Assembly (NCBI GenBank): GCA_051294375.1
Contig: CM119266.1
Span: 17,354,087-17,418,086 of the forward strand
DNA length: 64,000 nt
Origin: Paraspadella gotoi
Taxonomy: Eukaryota; Animalia; Chaetognatha
Direction: 5' to 3'
Below the pieces are notes generated by a model that did no database searches, was not told where the DNA came from, and worked only from the letters and a program-made list of their open reading frames with translations. Shown piece by piece: positions 40,201 to 50,100 of this stretch; the stretch's first letter is position 1; every line of letters begins with the position of its first letter. A program made the position numbers and the translations under genes.

Positions 40201-43200
40201 GCCACTTGACGGATGCCCCTCATGAGCCAAAGTTCGAGGAAATCCTGCCAGATCCGACCCAACTTCCAAGGGCGAGGGTGTTAGCACATAGTCAACCGCC
40301 CCACTTTCCCGGCCAAAAACGCCTTTTTAAATAATATTTTTAAAAAGGGGGGGGAAAGTGAAAGTAAGTCTTCTGAAAAAAAAAAGTATAACAATCAATT
40401 ATAATTGGGATGAATAACTTAAAATTAATGACTTAAAAAATAATTTGTGAAAAAAACTTAAATTAAAATTAGGTTTAGATGGAATAATCTAATGGAATTC
40501 CTATTCGTGAGATTTTTTACCCTTAATTTCCTCAATGATATACGTTCTCCCCTACCTTTCCTCACACAGACTATCTCTCCCTCCCATTTCCCTGTCACAC
40601 AGCCATGCATGCCCTCGCTCACCATTATCCCGATCCATTCTCCCGTTGACCATCTACTGAACCAAATATCAAAACCCTCCACCACGTCGGATCTCGGTCG
40701 AAGACATCGAGACGGCCGATGAATCTTAAAGGCGGCTTCGTAGCAGAACCTCTCGAACTGGGCGAAAGTTCCAAGGGCGTGCCCAGGGTTTCCCACTGTT
40801 TGGGAAAGAAACAGGTGGTAGAAGAGAGCGGAATTAGAGAAAGGAATAGAAGAAGGAATAGAGAGGCTGACCACGGTATAGAGAAGAAGAGAGAAGGGCA
40901 TCGAGAAAAATGGAGACCGAATAGAGACGGGATCATAAACTTGGTTGTAATCAATCTTTAGGGAGCCAAATCATCACCAATCATCACTGCAAATCCATCG
41001 CCGCTTTTTGGTTTCTCACCGTGTGCCACGCCAATAGGACTTTTCCCGGAGTCGTTGAGGACGAATTCATTTCGTCTTCTTCGGTTGTCCAGAAGACGTC
41101 GTCATCGGAACACCAAGGGTTGAAGTAAGAGGAAACCAACTTGGTGGAGTAGTCTTTGAGAGAGACCACAGCCCTAAAGGAGATCGGGACGAGAAGCGTT
41201 GGAAATGATTTGAAGGGATGAAAAGTAAAAAAAAATTATTATGAAATTGGTACAAACCATTATAAAAATTATCCATTCATTCAATAAATAAGCTATCTTG
41301 CCCATGACTTTGGACAGGCTTTTGGTGGTTTAAGGTATTTTAAAGGTTTATTTTGTTATTAAAAAAGGTGTTGCATGATATGGTTTAATGTAATGATAGA
41401 AAGGTGCATAACACAGTCGGAACGTAAAGTTAAGAAAGGTAGTCACTTTTGTGTTTGTGAAATGTAATGTAATTGTTTACTACGTTTTTGAAAATGTTAA
41501 TGAAATACAATACACTGATATANNNNNNNNNNNNNNNNNNNNNNNNNTAACTGATATAAAATAATGTTAATAATAACTTTGATAATGCTAATAATAAAAT
41601 TGTGGATAAGGCGCTAAGTGGGCTGAAGATGACTATCCGCAACTTCTTCAACCCCTCTAGCAGCCATGGAACGGGTCCTGGGCTTGGAACCAGGCTTGAG
41701 GGTTTTCCACGCCCCCAAGGCGGCTTACGGCCGTCCTCATGCTTCCCGCAGGGTAGGTACCGGGTTGGGATTGAACCCAGTACCTAGTGGTCATGAGTAG
41801 ATGGCTTTACTCAATGAACCACCGCGTCACAACTGAAGGTGTCATGCTTATAGGCGGGGTGAATTTAGGCAATGCCCGACTACATGCCCCCCAGATTGTA
41901 ACCCACCCTGCACTGCTTCCAGTAGAGGGAGGGGAGCAATCTTCAGCACATCCATGGGCCTGGAATCAGAAGGTTGGAATACGCTCGACAGGATGGGCTC
42001 ACCAGTGTGGATAAGGCTCTATAGGTGCTTATAAGTGGGGTTAACTTATGCAATGCCCGACTACAAAATGATGTTTTTAGTACTTTTATTAATAATCTTA
42101 CCATTTTAATAATTACCAATATTGAATTACCAATATTATTATGTAGAAATATTATTATTACTGATATTGCCATAGTCGTTGAACTTACCTTCGTACAAAT
42201 CCTCGTCGTCGTTTAGGTCATCGACTTTTTGTGTCCAAATCTCGAACTTGACGTCGTATTTGCTGACGGCTGCGTTGACGGGGACCACAACCTCAAAGTC
42301 GGTCCATTTGTCGTTGTTGTGATCGGTGACCCGTTTGAGACGCCAATCAAAATCGTCGCCCTCATCGTCCTCCTGAAAAAAAAAGGGAGAAAGAGGGAAG
42401 CAAATCAATTTCATTGATTGATTGATTTCTCACTAAACCAACCATATGAACATGATTTTTGCATAACTACACAAAGTACACATCCATGAAGCTCTCCCTT
42501 TTGGCAAACAATCAAATCAATTAATCATTCATTCAATATATGATCATTAAGGTGGGATAAAATGAAACACTTTTTATAACATGTAAATCTCTCAAAAAAA
42601 TTTCTTTTTTCCTTTTACTACTAAATCGATTTTTATTTAAATTTTTTGAAATAGTTCATTGGGTTGTTACACTGAAGCTTTTAAATATTTATTAATATAA
42701 AAAAAAGTTTAATTTTTTTAAGAACGGATTCTGATAAAGCTTAAAAAGTTAAATATAAGTTAGTCCTATATTTATTTAAACTTTTTACAATAAAATGGTT
42801 AAAAATTTAAAAAACCTTAAAAAATTATAATCAATCATCATTGGCTGAATTTATGATTTTTTTATCATTTGAATTTATCATCTGTTAATGAATTAATCAA
42901 TCTATACAATCAACCAATCAATCCAATCACCTCAATTGAAATGAAGCTTCCCCTGAACCGACTGACTGCGTCGGCGTCGCTTTGCAACGTCACCCACAGC
43001 GAAGATCTTTCTTCTTTAAGCATCGAAGTCGAGACGCGAAATTGAAAAGACTTGTCCGCGACGAGAGAAGATCGCCTGAAGAGGAGTTGGGAGTGGTGGG
43101 GAAAGTGAGGGGGAGTGGATGGGGTTGTGGAGTAAAAGGTGGGGTGATGGACGGAGAGGGCAAGGGCGTGGGAAGAGAGGATGGTTTTATTCTGTTGGAT

Positions 43201-44070
43201 TAAAAATATTGTTTTGTTTCAGTTTAAAAAAAAATAAAATTGAAAGTAAAGGTGGGGAGGGAAAGTGGAGAAATTCAATACCAAATGACAACGCTAATCA
43301 GCGTCGATTTTGAAAAAAAAAGAATAAATTATTAACAATTACACTAACTGAACTATAGGCGCATAATCAACAATAATCGACTCCAATTAAATAGAAAAAA
43401 GTAACGACAACTTATAATAGCGACAATCAACAACAATCAACTACTAACAACGATCAACAGCAACTAACAACAGCAACCGCAATCCACAAACGGCTACAGC
43501 AAACAGCTCCTATAGCAAATCAGCAGCTAAAGCAATCAAAACAGCAATCGAAAACAACAGCAATTAACAGCAGTAACAGCCTTCACCAACAGCAGGATAA
43601 ACAAAAAGCATCCACTGCATCAACCTGTGGATAATCCTCCGGATTCTCGTATCCTTTCGTTCGATGAAGGAAACGATTCGTCATCTTACGGAGATCGAGC
43701 CAATCGGGCAGACGGTTGCCGCTCATGTCGGTCGCATCGTCGACAGCGGCGGGTGTGCGGGGATCGCGGCGAGAAGCGGCTCCAGAGACGACGTCGGAGA
43801 AGAGACGCGATGGTCGAACGCGACGCCAGCGGGGATCGCGTAGGGTTCGTAGCGAGAGCCATGTCGGAAAAAAGGAAGGAGGAGGAAGTATCTGGGGGGG
43901 AGAGAGAGGGGAGAGGGGAGAGAGAGAGAAGGTAGAAAGAGAGGGAGGAGGGAGAAAAGAGAGGGAAGGGGAGGAGGAAGGGAGGGGAAAGAAAAGAAAG
44001 AGGAGTAAAGAAGAGAGGATTGGCAGGGAAGAGATAAAATGAGAAGGCGAGAGAGGGAGGAGACGGAAAT

Positions 44071-44101
<31 letters not shown>

Positions 44102-44102
44102 C

Positions 44103-44138
<36 letters not shown>

Positions 44139-47100
44139 AACAAGAAAGGAATAAGGAAAAGGAAGAGGTTTATCAGTTATGAATTTGAATATATAATTTT
44201 AATGTATAATGTATAATTATAATGTATAAGGTACGATTCAAATAGTTAATAAATCGGACATTGCGGAGGTTCGCCCCGCGTCTTTCTCTCCGTTGTGACC
44301 CGGTGGCTCATTGAGTAAAGCATTCAGCTTATTGCTCCTAGGTTGCGGGTTCAATCCCAACCCAGAGTCTACCCTGTGGGAAGCGTAAAGACTACCGTAA
44401 GTAATCTGGAAAGATCTGTAATCTTTAAAGCTCGGGAAACGTTTTGTAGTTGCGACAGGGGGTTAAAAAAAGATAAGGAAAGTCCTATTTAGCCTACTTA
44501 GTACTATTACCCCTCGAGCAGCTAAAAACAGGTCCTGGGCTTGGAAGGTCTCAATGCCCGGAAGGCAGTTTACGGTCGTGCCAACACTTTACATATGACA
44601 GGAAATGGGTTGGGACTGGACCCGTTTCCTACTTGTGGTCATAAGCAGACATCTTCACTAAATTAGCCAACCGGGTCACGAGGAAATGAGGGCGGAGTAA
44701 ACCTATTTCCGAGGCAATTCCCATTACAGCGAGTTTCTTTAACGAAGGAATTGTAAAAAAAAATTGTTATTTAATAAAAACGAAATTTAAAATTTTTTAT
44801 TTGAATATTCCATCTGCGAAAATCCGTTGAAAAAACCCCAAGTTGATAAATGAGAGAATTCGCGCCAAATTCAAGTTTTGAATAAAAAAGGGCGGGACTT
44901 GAAATGAAAAGAAAATGAAAAGAAATCTGGTTTTTCAGGTCGGAATGCGAATCTTAATCTTGACAAGATCCGACAGGTTGAGATGTGGCATTACAGGGAT
45001 GACTGGATGAAGCATTACTGGATGTGGCAGGTCGGGATCGGGCACAACATGATCAAGTATGAAAAGATAAGGCATGACGGAATCAGGCGTGACAGGGTCA
45101 TGCATTACTGAATTNNNNNNNNNNTGAAAATATTGTTTTGTTTCAGTTCTAAAAGAAAATAAAATTGAAGTAAAGGTGGGGAGGGAAAGTGGAGAAATTC
45201 AATACCAAAATGACAACGCTAATCAGCGTCGATGTTTGAAAAAAAAAAGTTATAAATTATTAACAATTAGCACTAACTGAACTATGGGCATAATCAACAA
45301 TAATCGACTCCAATTAATAGCAAAAAGTAACGACAACTATAAATAGCGACAATCAACAACAATCAACTACTATCAACGATCAACAGCAACTAACAACAGC
45401 AACCGCAATCCACAACGGCTACAGCAAACAGCTCCTATAGCAATCAGCAGCTAAAGCAATCAATAACAGCAATCGAAAACAACAGCAATTAACAGCAGTA
45501 ACAGCCTTCACCAACAGTAAAAAAAAAAAAAAATAACATTCCATGTCAGATCCTGCGCCCCTCCGCCCCTACCATGTCACGCCTGATTCTGTCATGCCTT
45601 TTGTCGCCCTGCCCTAACTGTCTAGCCTCTTTCCGTCATGCCTAATTCAGTAATGCATGACCCTGTCACGCCTGATTCCGTCATGCCTTATCTTTTCATA
45701 CTTGATCATGTTCGTGCCCGATCCCGACCTGCCACATCCAGTAATGCTTCATCCAGTCATCCCTGTAATGCCACATCTCAACCTGTCGGATCTTGTCAAG
45801 ATTAAGATTCGCATTCCGACCTGAAAAACCAGATTTCTTTTCATTTTCTTTTCATTTCAAGTCCCGCCCTTTTTTATTCAAAACTTGAATTTGGCGCGAA
45901 TTCTCTCATTTATCAACTTGGGCTTTTTTCAACGGATTTGAGATGAATATTCAAATAAAAAATTTAAAATTTCGTTTTTATTAAATAACAATTTTTTTTT
46001 ACAATTCCTTCGTTAAAGAAACTCGCTGTAATGGGAATTGCCTCGGAAATAGGTTTACTCCGCCCTCATTTCCTCGTGACCCGGTTGGCTAATTTAGTGA
46101 AGATGTCTGCTTATGACCACAAGTAGGAAACGGGTCCAGTCCCAACCCATTTCCTGTCATATGTAAAGTGTTGGCACGACCGTAAACTGCCTTCCGGGCA
46201 TTGAGACCTTCCAAGCCCAGGACCTGTTTTTAGCTGCTCGAGGGGTAATAGTACTAAGTAGGCTAAATAGGACTTTCCTTATCTTTTTTAACCCCCTGTC
46301 GCAACTACAAAACGTTTCCCGAGCTTTAAAGATTACAGATCTTTCCAGATTACTTACGGTAGTCTTTACGCTTCCCACAGGGTAGACTCTGGGTTGGGAT
46401 TGAACCCGCAACCTAGGAGCAATAAGCTGAATGCTTTACTCAATGAGCCACCGGGTCACAACGGAGAGAAAGACGCGGGGCGAACCTCCGCAATGTCCGA
46501 TTCATAACTTTGTCTCGGACCTAAAGTCATGGTTCCTCCACCAAGTTTTATCGATGTTGTAAATGTCTTTATTCTTATCACTCAAGTTTTTGGATTAATA
46601 CTTTATACATTTAAAATTATATATTTAAAATTCATAACTGATAAACTCTCTCTCCTTTTCCTTATTTCCTCGTCTCTTTCTCTCTCTCTCTATTTCCGTC
46701 TCCTCCCTCTCCTCGCCTTCTCAATTTTATCTCTTCCCTGCCAATCCTCTCTTCTTTACTCCTTTTCTTTTCTTTCCCCTTACTCCCTTACCCTCCTCCC
46801 CTTCCCTCTCTTTCTCCCTTCCTCTTTTTCTCTTTCTACCCTTCTCTCTCTCCCCCCCAGATACTTCTTCCTCCTCCTTTCCCGACATGGCCTCTCGCTA
46901 CGAACCCTACGCGATCCCCGCTCGGCGTCGCGTTCGACCATCGCGTCTCTTCGCCGACGTCGTCTCTGGAGCCGCTTCTGCCGAGTCCTCCGCCACCGCC
47001 GCTGTCGACGATGCGACCGACATGACGGGCAACCGTCTGCCCGATTGGCTCGATCTCCGTAAGATGACGAATCGTTTCCTTCATCGAACGAAAGGATACG

Positions 47101-50100
47101 AGAATCCGGAGGATTATCCACAGGTTGATGCAGTGGAATGCTCTTATTGTTTGATCCTGCTGTTGGTGAAGGCTGTTACTGCTGTTAATTGCTGTTGTTG
47201 TTTTCGATTGCTGTTTTTGATTGCTTTAGCTGCTTTTTGCTGTAGGAGCTGTTTGCTGTAGCTGTTGTGGATTGCGTTTGCTGTTGTTAGTTGCTGTTGA
47301 TCGTTGATAGTAGTTGATTGTTGTTGATTTGATGGTCGCTATTTATAATTGTCGTTACTTTTTGCTATTAATTGGAGTCGATTATTGTTGATTATCGCTA
47401 TGCTATAGTTCAGTTAGTGATAATTGTTAATAATTTATATCTTTTTTTTCAAAGATCGACGCTGATTAGCNNNNNNNNNNNNNNNNNNNNNNNNNNNNNN
47501 NNNNNNNNNNNNNNNNNNNNNNNNNNNNNNNNNNNNNNNNNNNNNNNNNNNNNNNNNNNNNNNNNNNNNNNNNNNNNNNNNNNNNNNNNNNNNNNNNNNN
47601 NNNNNNNNNNNNNNNNNNNNNNNNTTCTTTTTCTCTTTCTACCCCTTCTCTCTCTCCCCCCCAGATACTTCTTCCTCCTCCTTTCCCGACATGGCCTCTC
47701 GCTACGAACCCTACGCGATCCCCGCTCGGCGTCGCGTTCGACCATCGCGTCTCTTCGCCGACGTCGTCTCTGGAGCCGCTTCTGCCGAGTCCTCCGCACA
47801 CCGCCGCTGTCGACGATGCGACCGACATGACGGGCAACCGTCTGCCCGATTGGCTCGTCTCCGTAAGATGACGAATCGTTTCCTTCATCGAACGAAAGGA
47901 TACGAGAATCCGGAGGATTATCCACAGGTTGATGCAGTGGAATGCTTCTTATTGTTTGATCCTGCTGTACCGGCGAAATCTTGTTCGATGAAATCTCGTG
48001 CGGGGAGATCTCGTACGCCGAAATGTCGCAAGGCGATATTTCTTGATAAAAACCGGTTAACCGGTTTTCGTCGGTTATTTTTTTTTTTTTTTCATCTAGG
48101 AACCGAAACATACTATAACGAAACCAAAATAATTGAGATTAATTAATCATTAATCAATAATCATTAATCATTAATCAAGGAAGTTTAATAAAATCTATAT
48201 TGAGAATAAATTTAAAACTACTTTAAAATTTTAGCTTTATATAAACGACAAAAGAAACTGTTAAAAACATAGCATATTCAGCAGGAGTAGTTTTAAATAT
48301 CAGCTTCAATTTTTTGTTTATTCTTCATTTTTTATTCTTTTTTCGCTAAATTTTACGGCACAAATTTGAAGTTAAACATATATTTACACTTACATTTAAA
48401 AGGTAAAAACCGAAAAAATAAAATACAAATTTGTTTATTCATAATATTCGGTATATCATAATTAACTCACCCATGAGATTTGCTGCGTGCATGGTTTAAC
48501 GTTTAAAATTATTCGGTCGAAAGAAATAAAAAGGAAAATAAAAAAAAGGTTTGGACAAATTTTGTCGACGCCTTTTTAAATCAATGATCGAGCGACAAGT
48601 TGTGTAGTAGTCGTCGTCGTCGTCGTCGTTCTCCGATGTTGTCGTCGCTTTTGCTGTTTATCTTTTTTTTTCAATCTTTGGCAGCCAAATAAAAGGGTAC
48701 CAGGATACAGGACCTGTATTACAGGATAGGATATTGTCGTACTTGTAATTTAAAATAGATCGGTAATTGAAATCTTTTTTTTTATAACAAGGGTTCAGAA
48801 TAAACGGAATGAGTTAGGAGGAAATTAACATTCCATCAATATTAGTCATGAGACGGCGAAATATTTTTATTTTAAAATTCTTAACTGCCGAAAGGAACAA
48901 ATAATTTCTTTAAACTTAAATATTGCATCAGAGAGACAAGTAGGAAAGAGTTATCAGCACGAGATGAAGTATCGGCTGCTAATTCTTTTCTCTTTTATTG
49001 GGTGAGAACAGCGTCCTTGTAAGGACACTGAAACTGTATCTGCGTTGGGCCGCGCGGTTCTCCTTCGCGTTTTGGATCGCAAAAATGTGAGCTTCTTCAT
49101 TGGCCCTGGATTGGCTGCCTTTGACCAATCGACGACGAGAGTTTCGAGAAGATAATTTTACCTTTTTTTTTTCCGGCGAATTTAGCGCGAGGTCGACGAG
49201 GAAACGCGTTGGCCGGGGCTTTATTGAAACGCTTTGATCTTGCCCCTTGGACGGCCTACCGTTTCCGAAACCAGCGTTTTATTTTGTAATTGCCTATGGT
49301 TCTCTCTTGGTGCGCGGCTTTTACTTGTTTTTATTCCGTTTTTATAATTTTTTTTTGTTCTGGTTATATTCGTTTCGTGCCCTTTTTGATGCATTACATT
49401 ATTTTACGCTTACCCTCGGAATCGTGTCCGAAATATTTAGTTCTCGTCAGCGCAAGATCAAACGGAAACATCTATGAATGGAAAAATAATATCGCTTACT
49501 CCCTCTCATTTTATTTCGGATTTAAATTGAATCTTAATTTAATTTCTGAAATTTTTATTTTTTTTAATGCAGCCCCAACTTCCTTTACATGCGAAAACGA
49601 AATTGATTTTTTTAAACTTGTACGCTGTGTGAGAATTATCTTAGCGCATTTTAACTGTGTTGGCGTCGAAATTTAGAGATGAAAACAATTTTTCGCCGTC
49701 GTTGTCATCGTACAGCTGGATTTAATTCGATCAAAGTCTTAGAACCTCAGTGTAGATTCTTTATCCAAACAAGGAAATAAAAAAAAATACTCGAGACTGT
49801 TTGCGGCGTTAGCCTTTTTTTCGAGAATCAAACAAAAGTTTACCACAAGGCTCAATTTATAATTTTAAAATGAGCCAAATGAATAACAAACCGAACTATT
49901 TTAAGTATTTCATAAATTTTATTTTAACTGGACAACGACCACAACGACAACGACCACAACGAAGATGAAGTCGAAAAAAGGGACGTTAATGTTTTGAACT
50001 TGAGACACGACGACGAGAAAGACGACGACGACAAGAAGCGCGCCCGTGGAATAAAATGGAATCGGCCAATCACTGACCGAGCAATTTTCCTCTGCTTCCC

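Noticed and set aside
41650-41740. Twister-sister reading (GUAA ... GCUNGA) of the LTR RNA
   Set aside because: The GUAA sits in the loop of a locally covarying hairpin, which conflicts with that topology.
41910-41950. CUGAAGA in the TRIM internal region (and at 41623 on +) as a hammerhead
   Set aside because: No helix II followed by GAAA.
44297-44370. Functional tRNA gene
   Set aside because: A and B boxes are present but the anticodon and acceptor stems do not pair, and it is part of a dispersed repeat.
35798-47960. Apparent multi-copy transglutaminase cluster or mutually exclusive exons
   Set aside because: The copies include introns, differ mostly by 1-nt indels and adjoin gaps; this fits redundant unpolished assembly.
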